From positions 137,145 through 201,144 of IMG/VR virus record IMGVR_UViG_3300025012_000029: DNA of 64,000 bases; one strand, written 5' to 3'. This DNA comes from a virus. Its lineage: Duplodnaviria; Caudoviricetes. Shown piece after piece: positions 9,702 through 18,014 of the stretch; within the stretch, counting starts at the first letter, position 1; each line of letters opens with the position of its first letter. The position numbers and the translations under genes were made by a program. Below the pieces are notes generated by a model, which did not search any database, had not been told where the DNA came from, and saw nothing but the letters and a program-made list of their open reading frames with translations.

Positions 9702-10209
9702 CTAAAATTGTTGATTTTCCATCTGTTCTTTCATAAGCATGTTTGTAGGCAGGAAAAATATCTTTTGGTTCATTTAATTCTATAATTTCTATATTGGTAA
9801 GCATTTCTCTAAATGCTGATGAAAAATTGCCAACATGTTGCGCTTGTGGATGAAGCGGACGTTCGGAACCCACACCAACTCGGATTATGACTTTTGGAAT
9901 AAATTCATCATGCGAATATTGTTTGATTTTATCCAGATGGTTGACCAGTTGATCGGAAGCACAAATCAAAAAATTCCATCGAGGAAAAATGGAAATTGGT
10001 ATAGTTCCGTTGATTGCCATCCCAATTGACATTCCAAGTTGCGTGTTCTCAATAACAGGCATTTCAAGTCGTTTAGACAATGGAACATCTTTCAATGTCG
10101 CAAACATTGCTGTTCCTTCTTTTCCTACTGATTGTCCTAGAAAGAAAGTGTCTTGCTGCTCACCGAGCCAAGTCATTGTTTTTTTCATTTCTTCAAAGTA
10201 CTTACCCAT
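9670..10209 (-). CDS. TPP-dependent enzyme beta-like subunit (transketolase pyrimidine-binding domain)
   Basis: FLGQSV, EMPVIENTQLGMSIGMA, PRWNFL, DQLVNHLDK, PQAQH. Confidence 0.85.
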   Translation of the reverse strand: MGKYFEEMKKTMTWLGEQQDTFFLGQSVGKEGTAMFATLKDVPLSKRLEMPVIENTQLGMSIGMAINGTIPISIFPRWNFLICASDQLVNHLDKIKQYSHDEFIPKVIIRVGVGSERPLHPQAQHVGNFSSAFREMLTNIEIIELNEPKDIFPAYKHAYERTDGKSTILVEFGDYYNEK

Positions 10210-11011
10210 CTATTTTATCTCCCTTTCTTATGTTTTCTATTGATTCTAATGGTCGGAGGTTTTCAAGTGTCCAACATTTCAAAAAGTTTTCATGTTCCAT
10301 TGAATCATAAGGCAACTTGCTTTGAGGTATTATGTGATCTATTTGCCAAGTTTGTTTAGTGAAAGAAAGTCTACCATGGTTGTCCCAGTTCATCCACGGT
10401 TCCCATAAACTTTCTATGTGTTTTACTAACTCTTCTGGCGTATAAGGTAGTTTAGAAAAAATGGGAGCATTTTTGATGCCACCTTGAGATTTGAGGGTTT
10501 TGCGAATCGAGGAAGAAATAACACGATGACATCTAAAGCATGGATCATTTTTGATGCGTTGTTTGAACTTTTTCTTTCTTAGTTCTTTTGCTTTTGGAGA
10601 TTGGCGATATTGTCTATCTCGTTTCCTATCTCGTTTCAATATTTTTTCTATATTATTTTTTCGATATTGTTTACATTTTTCCAAAATATTTTCTTTATTA
10701 TATAAATAATATTGTTTTTTCTGTTCTAAAATATTTTCTTTATTATATAAATAATATTGTTTATATTTTTCCAAAATATTTTCTTTATTATATAAATAAT
10801 ATTGTTTTTTCTGTTCTAAAATATTTTCTTTATTATATAAATAATATTGTTTATATTTTTCCAAAATAGTTTCTTTGTTATTTATAAAGAATTGTTTTTT
10901 ATATCGTTTATTACAATTTTTACACCATGCATGCTTATTGTCTTTATTGTTTTTATTATTACTAAACTCACTCAACTCTTTTTCAAGACCACATTTACTA
11001 CATTTCTTCAT
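10202..11011 (-). CDS. Free-standing HNH endonuclease with Zn-finger N-terminus and 15-aa tandem repeats
   Basis: CSKC and WCKNC; WQIDHIIP...NLRPL...NIRK HNH core. Confidence 0.8.
   Translation of the reverse strand: MKKCSKCGLEKELSEFSNNKNNKDNKHAWCKNCNKRYKKQFFINNKETILEKYKQYYLYNKENILEQKKQYYLYNKENILEKYKQYYLYNKENILEQKKQYYLYNKENILEKCKQYRKNNIEKILKRDRKRDRQYRQSPKAKELRKKKFKQRIKNDPCFRCHRVISSSIRKTLKSQGGIKNAPIFSKLPYTPEELVKHIESLWEPWMNWDNHGRLSFTKQTWQIDHIIPQSKLPYDSMEHENFLKCWTLENLRPLESIENIRKGDKIDG
10666..10870 (-). repeat. In-frame 45-bp tandem repeat, about 4.5 units, alternating A/B variants
   Basis: ENILEKYKQYYLYNK and ENILEQKKQYYLYNK alternate; DNA unit contains aaaatattttctttattatataaataatattgttt. Confidence 0.9.
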
Positions 11012-11013
11012 AA

Positions 11014-11667
11014 CTAAAATTGTATCCTTTTTCCGCCCGGGCCGGCGTGAGGATAATCCAAGCGATATTTATAATACCACAAATATTTGCTCTTGTAAAA
11101 CTCATTTTCTTCTATCATTCCTTGATTTATTTCATCTGGTTCGAATGGAAGTTTGTGAGTATTCCATACCTCCCTGGTGTCAGTGCAAACACTTTTACCA
11201 TTGTCGCTTATCACAAATACAATAGGCAAAAAATGATTTTTCGCATAAGTATATGCTTCATAAAACCCACCACAAGTAGCAGACATTTCTCCTGCGAAAC
11301 AATAAACTTTATTATTATCACCCCTTCTTTTTATATCTAACGCTATTCCTAGCGCAATAGGAAAAATGCCTGCTACTATGGCAGATGTAAAAACTTTATG
11401 CTCTTTATTACACAACTCGATTGACCGTCCGTCAAGAATATCTTGTTTTGCTTTTTCAGGTGGAACACCTTTCAATAGCGTTTCTGCATGAAAACGCCAA
11501 GTTCCACAAACCCAATCTTCTTCGTTTATTTCTTCAAACATCTTTATCAATATCTCAAAATTATTTGACTGAAGATGTATGGGCGCTCTAATCATTTTGT
11601 TATTGAAACATTGAGCTATGTCTTCTTCAAAAGCAATTAACTGTTCGGCTGTCATTAAGTTTTTCAT
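11014..11667 (-). CDS. TPP-dependent enzyme alpha-like subunit (E1 component)
   Basis: PIHLQS, CGTWRFH, SAIVAG, GEMSA (GDGA-like), ISDNGKSV, YPHAG. Confidence 0.85.
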   Translation of the reverse strand: MKNLMTAEQLIAFEEDIAQCFNNKMIRAPIHLQSNNFEILIKMFEEINEEDWVCGTWRFHAETLLKGVPPEKAKQDILDGRSIELCNKEHKVFTSAIVAGIFPIALGIALDIKRRGDNNKVYCFAGEMSATCGGFYEAYTYAKNHFLPIVFVISDNGKSVCTDTREVWNTHKLPFEPDEINQGMIEENEFYKSKYLWYYKYRLDYPHAGPGGKRIQF

Positions 11668-13206
11668 TTAATCTCCAAGCAAACGCCTTTTTAGTTTTAT
11701 CTGTGTTGATGCTTTAATGTTGTCGGTGCAAACTTTCCCAAACTTCTTTTCCATCATTTGAAGGTAAACAGAATTTGTAAAATATCTAGTCCAACAATCA
11801 TCACGGGCTTGCAGAATTTCTGCTGCTGATAATGTATCAGTTGGAAGATTTTGAGTGTAATATGAATGTTGTGAATAACCAGCATACCGATCAGGCAATA
11901 TAACTTTATTTTTTCTTGCTTCTAAATATAATGGACTTCCAGGAAGTGCCATTGCCGAATAGATATTCATAAACTCTGTTAGATTATTCATCATAAACTC
12001 AACAGTATTTTGGATACTTTCTTTTGTGTCTTTTGGAAGTCCAAAAATGTAGTTTGCTCCTATATTTATTCCGGCATTTCTCATCATACTAAATAAGTTA
12101 TCTATTTTTACTTCTTTGAATCCTCCCTTATGAACTTCTTTACGGAGAACTTGATTTGGATTCTCAACGCCTATTCCTAACCAGTTTATTCCTGCTTTTT
12201 TCATTCTATCAAGATATTCAGGCTTGCAAGTATCAACCCTAGAATAACACCAAATATTGAAGTCATATTTTCGCTCTATTATCAAATCACATATTTTCAG
12301 AAAGTGCTTTGGATTATAGACAAAAAGTTCATCTGCTATTTTAACATTCTTTACGCCCATTTGCGCGATAATATCAAACTGTTTAATAATGAACTCTGGA
12401 TCCCAATAGCGAAAAATATTGCTATCAGCGGCTGAAATATGAAGTGCATTGTCAGTCCTATTCAGAATATTTATCATACAATAGCTACATTTATATGGGC
12501 AACCAAGAGAAGTATAAAGAGATGCAAATGGAGTTTTTATTGTGTTATTTGACCAACTGTGCCAGCCTGAGGTTTTAAAATATTTAATATTTGGCATTAA
12601 ATCCCAAGCAATTCCTGGCAAATCTCTCGCGAGAAAATCTTTTGGAACAATTCTTTCTGGTTCGTTTATTATTGATAATCCTTCTTTTGTTTTAAAACCA
12701 ATACCTTTTATTTTTAGAAGATCGTGATTATCGTCAACATTGCATTTCAATAAATTATGAAGAGCATAAACACCTTCATTCGTGCACACAATATCAACGC
12801 AACCTTCATTAAGAGTTTCCCTAGGAACGGCTGAAACATGTGGACCTACAAAAATAATTTTTGAATTAGGATTAAGCTCTTTGACTTTTTTTGCAGTTGC
12901 AATATTTCCTTCCATTGATTGAGTAGAAGCATTAGGATTGGCACCAAAAACAACAAAGCAAATTAAACGGGAATTTCTAGAAACAATTTCTTTTGCAGAA
13001 TTGTTAGTTGTTAAATGTTCTGCTTCGCAATCTAATATTTGTGAAGAAAAACCTTTACTTTTGCAACTGTTTGCTAACATACCAGCCCAAATATTAGGCT
13101 CTATTGCGCTATGTTCATTAGCAAGTTCTTGATAATTGATTTCCAAACTATTACTGTGCACAAAAAGTATGTCTAAATTTTTACTCATCTTTGATTTTCC
13201 TTCCAT
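11668..13206 (-). CDS. B12-binding radical SAM protein
   Basis: N-terminal cobalamin-binding-like domain (FVGPHVSA), GCPYKCSYC (CxxxCxxC), WCYSRVD, IFGLP. Confidence 0.9.
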   Translation of the reverse strand: MEGKSKMSKNLDILFVHSNSLEINYQELANEHSAIEPNIWAGMLANSCKSKGFSSQILDCEAEHLTTNNSAKEIVSRNSRLICFVVFGANPNASTQSMEGNIATAKKVKELNPNSKIIFVGPHVSAVPRETLNEGCVDIVCTNEGVYALHNLLKCNVDDNHDLLKIKGIGFKTKEGLSIINEPERIVPKDFLARDLPGIAWDLMPNIKYFKTSGWHSWSNNTIKTPFASLYTSLGCPYKCSYCMINILNRTDNALHISAADSNIFRYWDPEFIIKQFDIIAQMGVKNVKIADELFVYNPKHFLKICDLIIERKYDFNIWCYSRVDTCKPEYLDRMKKAGINWLGIGVENPNQVLRKEVHKGGFKEVKIDNLFSMMRNAGINIGANYIFGLPKDTKESIQNTVEFMMNNLTEFMNIYSAMALPGSPLYLEARKNKVILPDRYAGYSQHSYYTQNLPTDTLSAAEILQARDDCWTRYFTNSVYLQMMEKKFGKVCTDNIKASTQIKLKRRLLGD

Positions 13207-13280
13207 GTTATATTTCTTACTATTCTAGAAACTGTATTTCTAGTAGTGCTCTGTCTTCTGTTTCAGACATACATTCTTTA

Positions 13281-13331
13281 GTGAACTACCCACCCACGCC
13301 AAAGCGATGAATGGGTTTTACGGCACATCCT
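13281..13331 (-). mobile_element. 51-bp miniature IS200/IS605 derivative (PATE/MITE-like)
   Basis: Minus strand TTTAT|AGGATGTGCCGTAAAACCCATT...GGGTAGTTCAC joins the left-end and right-end sequences of the element at 40348..41706. Confidence 0.75.
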
Positions 13332-13399
13332 ATAAAGAATTCTAAAAACTCTTGCTGCATAAAACGTCCAATATCAATAATTTTATTTAGAGAAATTTT

Positions 13400-13999
13400 T
13401 TATTCTTCGAACATTATTGCATACCACGGTGGCATTTTCGTTTTTTTATTTTTTAAAAAATATTTCCATATTGTTGCAACAGTTCTGTGTGTTCCATCAA
13501 CTATTTGATATTGTCCATCTTTACGTTTCATCCAAATACATCGATGATAATCTATACTAGGATTAAAATCAATCATCCAATTCGTGTCTAAAGAAACGCT
13601 TGGTAATGTTTTCATTCTACGATTTACTTCACGCACTGAACCTTTATCTTTCACCACTCCTTTGATTTTGACCTTCTTATTGTTAAGAAATGCTCGTTTG
13701 TATTCTTTAGCAAGTCTATACAGTGGTACGTTATTCCACACTGATAATACATTTACAATGTCTTTTTTTTCCAATTTTACTAGCGCGAATGATTTATTTT
13801 CAATAAAATCAAATAACCATTTACGATTTTTAGTCTCTTTTAAAAAGATTTTTCGCAATTCGTTTTCTTTATTATCAATAAAATTGGGAGATTTAATAAT
13901 AGACGCAGAAAGAAATTTCTCAACATCCTGACATGCATGATCTCCCTTCAAAATACACCATATTGGAATATTTTGATTAATGTAATTAATGATTTCCAT
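13400..13999 (-). CDS. Hypothetical protein, possible ParB/Srx-like fold
   Basis: YQIVDGTHR motif. Confidence 0.6.
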   Translation of the reverse strand: MEIINYINQNIPIWCILKGDHACQDVEKFLSASIIKSPNFIDNKENELRKIFLKETKNRKWLFDFIENKSFALVKLEKKDIVNVLSVWNNVPLYRLAKEYKRAFLNNKKVKIKGVVKDKGSVREVNRRMKTLPSVSLDTNWMIDFNPSIDYHRCIWMKRKDGQYQIVDGTHRTVATIWKYFLKNKKTKMPPWYAIMFEE

Positions 14000-14198
14000 A
14001 TTCTTTTTTTAAAAAAATATCTAAAGTGTCATATCCAAGAAGTTTTGATATCTGTTCAAGCTTGATTCTTGCCTGTTCGAGATGAACAAAATCGCCACAC
14101 TCTATACATTGACAATAAACATTAAACCAATAATCAGCAGCTTTATCAATAGAAAACGGAACATCCATATCCCAACCAATATCAATAATTTCGTGCAT
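13986..14198 (-). CDS. Hypothetical protein
   Basis: Small ORF in operon. Confidence 0.5.
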   Translation of the reverse strand: MHEIIDIGWDMDVPFSIDKAADYWFNVYCQCIECGDFVHLEQARIKLEQISKLLGYDTLDIFLKKEYGNH

Positions 14199-14208
14199 AC
14201 CTAAGACC

Positions 14209-14316
14209 CTACTCGCCTTCCATCATTCTGTCAAGCCAACTTTTTGTTTCTTGTTCATAATACTTCGCTCTATAGTCCAAATCTAATATTAAAATGATAA
14301 GTGCTTTTTTACTCAT
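14209..14316 (-). CDS. 35-aa ORF sharing 48 identical bp with 9480..9701
   Basis: MSKKALIILILDLDYRAKYYEQETKSWLDRMMEGE. Confidence 0.4.
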   Translation of the reverse strand: MSKKALIILILDLDYRAKYYEQETKSWLDRMMEGE

Positions 14317-14336
14317 TTCATTCCTTCCAAAAATAT

Positions 14337-14735
14337 CTAACCACATGAGAAACTTTCGCCGCATCCACAACAACGAGATGCGCTTTGGTTGATAAACTTA
14401 AACCCTGATCCCATTAATCCTTCTCTATAATCTAACACAACATTTTGAAGAAATATAAAACTTTTTGGGTCTACTAAAACAGCTTTTCTGCTTTCATCTA
14501 TCGGAATAACATGGTCGCCTTCTTCTAACGTTCCATCTTCAAGAAGATAACGATATCCCGAACAACCTCCTGCTATCACTCCAACACGAATATATTGTCC
14601 TCTCTCTTCTTTTTCTTCAAGATATTTTACAAACTCTACCTTTGCCGCTTCTGTTATTTGCAATGGTTGTTTTTCTTCAGAATTATCCATTTTTCTTCTT
14701 TCTTCTCCACCTATTATTTTTTCACTATAGCTCAA
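14337..14735 (-). CDS. iscA: A-type Fe-S cluster carrier (IscA/HesB family)
   Basis: ITEAAK, GGCSGYRY, LDYREGLMGSGF, CGCGESFS. Confidence 0.92.
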   Translation of the reverse strand: MSYSEKIIGGEERRKMDNSEEKQPLQITEAAKVEFVKYLEEKEERGQYIRVGVIAGGCSGYRYLLEDGTLEEGDHVIPIDESRKAVLVDPKSFIFLQNVVLDYREGLMGSGFKFINQSASRCCGCGESFSCG

Positions 14736-14736
14736 A

Positions 14737-15468
14737 TTATTCTACCTCAAATACGTGAGTTATCAAACACTCCCTATCTTCACACAAAATATGAATCCTA
14801 GATTTTTCACCGGAAGAAACGATATTTCCCCAATTGTTGCCATCTAAAGTAGATGAAATAACAGTCGTAGTTGTGTCTAGGTGTTCATAAATCAATTCCA
14901 ATTCTTCATAATCATGAAAATTTGGATGTTGATTCAAAACTGGATTGCTTGAATAATCCATACAGCTTCCTAAAGGAATATTATAAAAATCCTCATCTTG
15001 ATGACTTAATCCTAGCGTATGTCCTATCTCTTGACACATAACAAGTCTTCTAAGTTCAGGTGTATTGTACTGCTGCATATTAAAATAAGTGTCATTCATT
15101 TTTACAATGCCTTGCGTAATATGTTCACCGCTAATCCAAATTTGGGCAATTCCAAGCCATCCTGTTTTTCCATACTTTGAATTACAAATCAAAATAGAAC
15201 CAGCAGAAATCCTACAAGATCTTCCATTAAATAGCATTACAGTTGTATCCAATACGGAAGACAAACTCCAATCGTATGAGGCTTCATTTAAATATGGATC
15301 CCACGTAGTTGATACATTATCTCGTAAATTCAAAGTGAAAGGATTTGACGTTCTTGCCCAATGATATCCATTCCAAGAATGAAGTCCGGAAATAGAATTA
15401 TTATAATCCGCTTCAAAATTACAAGACGACAAAAGCACTACAAACAAAAAACTAAAAATAAATTTCAT
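14737..15468 (-). CDS. Matrixin-like metallopeptidase lipoprotein
   Basis: LLSSC lipobox; QEIGHTLGLSH (HExxHxxGxxH with first His as Gln); SCMDY Met-turn. Confidence 0.75.
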   Translation of the reverse strand: MKFIFSFLFVVLLSSCNFEADYNNSISGLHSWNGYHWARTSNPFTLNLRDNVSTTWDPYLNEASYDWSLSSVLDTTVMLFNGRSCRISAGSILICNSKYGKTGWLGIAQIWISGEHITQGIVKMNDTYFNMQQYNTPELRRLVMCQEIGHTLGLSHQDEDFYNIPLGSCMDYSSNPVLNQHPNFHDYEELELIYEHLDTTTTVISSTLDGNNWGNIVSSGEKSRIHILCEDRECLITHVFEVE

Positions 15469-15503
15469 TTTCTCTCCTATTTTTATATTTTACAGAAACC
15501 ATT

Positions 15504-16583
15504 TTATACTATTATTCCTTCAACGTATTTTGCTATCGATAAACAGCAAGTAAGCCCAGGTGATTCTATTCCAATCAAGTTTATCATATTGCGGAAACCA
15601 TTGTCAATTTCATTCTTGATTATAAAATCTTTTTTATTGCCCTCATTACCAGAAAGTCTTGGACGAATTCCACTATAATCAGGAAATATATCTTCATCGC
15701 CTAATTCAATATATTCATTGATAGATGAAAGAAAACTTTCTTTAAATCTTTCATCAATATTGTAATCAACATCGTATACTCTATAAGCGTTTGGTCCAAA
15801 AGAAACAGAACCATCTAAATTAATTCGAGTATGTATTCCCAAACTATCAAAACGAGGCAATGGATAAATTAAATGATTAAGATTTTTAATTTTATTTGTT
15901 TTATAATAATCGCCTTTCCAGAATTCCAATCTATATTGGTTTGGAAAAAGCAAATTTGCTATTTTATCTGCCCAGAGCCCAGCACAATTAATTAGAATTT
16001 TAGATGTTAAATGAAAATCATCTATTCCAACTCGAAAAGTGCCACCTTCATAGCGATCGTATTGAATGCTCCGAACATTACATCCGAATCCAACATATAC
16101 GTTGTTTCTCTGTCCTATCTGTCTATTCAATTCATACATTAAAGCATGAGAGTCGATTATGCCAGTAGACGGCACCCATACAGCGGTATTATACTTTATA
16201 GTATCAGGAATATTATCTTTCGCTATTGTTAACCCTTCAATGCCATTTCTCTTTCCGTTGGAAAGGATATCAATTAAATAACCTTCCTCTCCTTTTTGGC
16301 ATATGATAAATTTTCCGCATTTCTTATGATGAATATTGTGCTCATGAGCAAAATCATAAAGCATTTTATTGCCTTCAATACACAATTTTGATTTTAGACT
16401 ATTTGCTTGGTAATAAATACCAGAATGAATTACTTCACTATTTCTACTTGAAGTATGTTGACCAAAACTGTTTTCTTTTTCAACAATGATTACTTGTTTC
16501 CCAGAACGAGATAAGCGTTCAGCTATAGCAAGACCAATTACTCCAGCACCAATAACAATAATTTCGGCATCAATAGTTGGCAT
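15504..16583 (-). CDS. FAD-dependent oxidoreductase, L-2-hydroxyglutarate oxidase (LhgO)-like
   Basis: IGAGVIG, HTSSRNSEVIHSGIYY, INCAGLWAD, GIESPGLT. Confidence 0.9.
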   Translation of the reverse strand: MPTIDAEIIVIGAGVIGLAIAERLSRSGKQVIIVEKENSFGQHTSSRNSEVIHSGIYYQANSLKSKLCIEGNKMLYDFAHEHNIHHKKCGKFIICQKGEEGYLIDILSNGKRNGIEGLTIAKDNIPDTIKYNTAVWVPSTGIIDSHALMYELNRQIGQRNNVYVGFGCNVRSIQYDRYEGGTFRVGIDDFHLTSKILINCAGLWADKIANLLFPNQYRLEFWKGDYYKTNKIKNLNHLIYPLPRFDSLGIHTRINLDGSVSFGPNAYRVYDVDYNIDERFKESFLSSINEYIELGDEDIFPDYSGIRPRLSGNEGNKKDFIIKNEIDNGFRNMINLIGIESPGLTCCLSIAKYVEGIIV

Positions 16584-17514
16584 AGATTATAAAATCATCA
16601 TTTAACATTTCGTACACAGTTTTGAGTTGTATAATGCCTTCATCTAGATCAGTACGGCAACTAAATCCTTTATCATAGAATTTTTGACTACTAATAATAT
16701 AATTCCGACAATCAGGATCCTTTGTTATTTGTGCTTCAATAATTTCCAATGGAATATGTTCAGAAATTTTTTGACAAAGCTGAAGTTTACTCATATTGAG
16801 TTTATCATTTCCAACGTTAAATACTTCATTTTTACACTTATCCCAATTATTTATGGCGAATATAAAAGCATTACACGCATCATCAATATGTATATAATTA
16901 CGCATGTATGAGCCTTCATATACAATAAGAACTTTTTCTCTCATTGCCTTTAACACAAGATTGTTCACAAGCAAATCAGTTCGCATCCTTGACGATGGAC
17001 CAAACACTGTAGCAAGTCTCATCGAACAATGGTTCTCGACTTGCCGAATTGCTTCTTCGCCAGCGCATTTTGATTTTCCATAAACAGATATCGGATTAAG
17101 TGGATCTTTTTCTGTTATCGTTGAAGTCCCATCAGTAGTTCCATAACCAGAATTCGAATTTGGAACCAAAAGTAATTGATCTTTTGATTTGTTATTGGCA
17201 AGGAATTCATTAGCTCCGTGATGAATGTCCCACGCTTCTTGTGGACGTTTATCACATAATGGAGCGCCGACTAAAGCAGCGAGAGAAATAATAACATCAT
17301 GATTTTTTAATAAAAAACCAAGCAACTCTTTATCTCGTACATCACCTTTAACAAAATTGAATCTATCATCATTTGCGTACTGAAGAAGAGAAGTTTTATC
17401 GTAAAGAAGTGAGTCTAGTGCTGTAACTTCACCGAATGGATAGTCCTGTTCTAAAATTTTGCCAACTAGATTAGAACCAATATATCCCGCTGCTCCGGAT
17501 ATAAGATATCTCAT
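16570..17514 (-). CDS. NAD-dependent NDP-sugar epimerase/dehydratase
   Basis: ISGAAGYIG, YGKSK, RLATVFG, RMRTDLLVN. Confidence 0.9.
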   Translation of the reverse strand: MRYLISGAAGYIGSNLVGKILEQDYPFGEVTALDSLLYDKTSLLQYANDDRFNFVKGDVRDKELLGFLLKNHDVIISLAALVGAPLCDKRPQEAWDIHHGANEFLANNKSKDQLLLVPNSNSGYGTTDGTSTITEKDPLNPISVYGKSKCAGEEAIRQVENHCSMRLATVFGPSSRMRTDLLVNNLVLKAMREKVLIVYEGSYMRNYIHIDDACNAFIFAINNWDKCKNEVFNVGNDKLNMSKLQLCQKISEHIPLEIIEAQITKDPDCRNYIISSQKFYDKGFSCRTDLDEGIIQLKTVYEMLNDDFIIYANY

Positions 17515-17517
17515 ATT

Positions 17518-18012
17518 TTATTCCTCACTATTCCAGCTTGGTTCCCAATCAGAATATTCTGATGCCAAGCAATCAACTTTATGATCAATTCTTCCTTTGA
17601 CTTGATATTCAATATTATTTTTAGCTCTATTTCTTACTCCATTCAAAGAATGTGACAATAAAAGCTTACTTCCGTCTTTATTGCCTTTTCTTGCTTCACT
17701 TTCATTATACCAGATATGATTGTTATAGTGCGCAAGGATAATGATATTACGAATGATGTCAGCATTGAGCGCTACTGGAATTTCATCTAAAAATAGATCA
17801 ATATCATACATTATGTCCTTTATTTCTTGCGCGTACGCTGCTTTATGTTCAGGAATTCTAACTTCTTTCAACTGATCTATCGACATCCTATCTATCAAGT
17901 CTGATAGCGATGGCAAATATCTCCTTTTCTTCTCTGTCATTTTTTCTCCTCGATTCCCATTACAACTACAACACACATATCCCATATGAATAGAACAATA
18001 ATTGTGTAACAT
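17518..18012 (-). CDS. Hypothetical protein; true start probably MTEKKRRY
   Basis: YLPSLSDLIDRMSIDQLKE helical protein within the sugar locus. Confidence 0.65.
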   Translation of the reverse strand: MLHNYCSIHMGYVCCSCNGNRGEKMTEKKRRYLPSLSDLIDRMSIDQLKEVRIPEHKAAYAQEIKDIMYDIDLFLDEIPVALNADIIRNIIILAHYNNHIWYNESEARKGNKDGSKLLLSHSLNGVRNRAKNNIEYQVKGRIDHKVDCLASEYSDWEPSWNSEE

Positions 18013-18014
18013 TT

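Noticed and set aside
10666-10870. Regularly spaced repeats resembling a CRISPR array
   Set aside because: Head-to-tail 45-bp units without unique spacers, in frame within a CDS; the Cas4-like nuclease at 24996 has no cas neighbours
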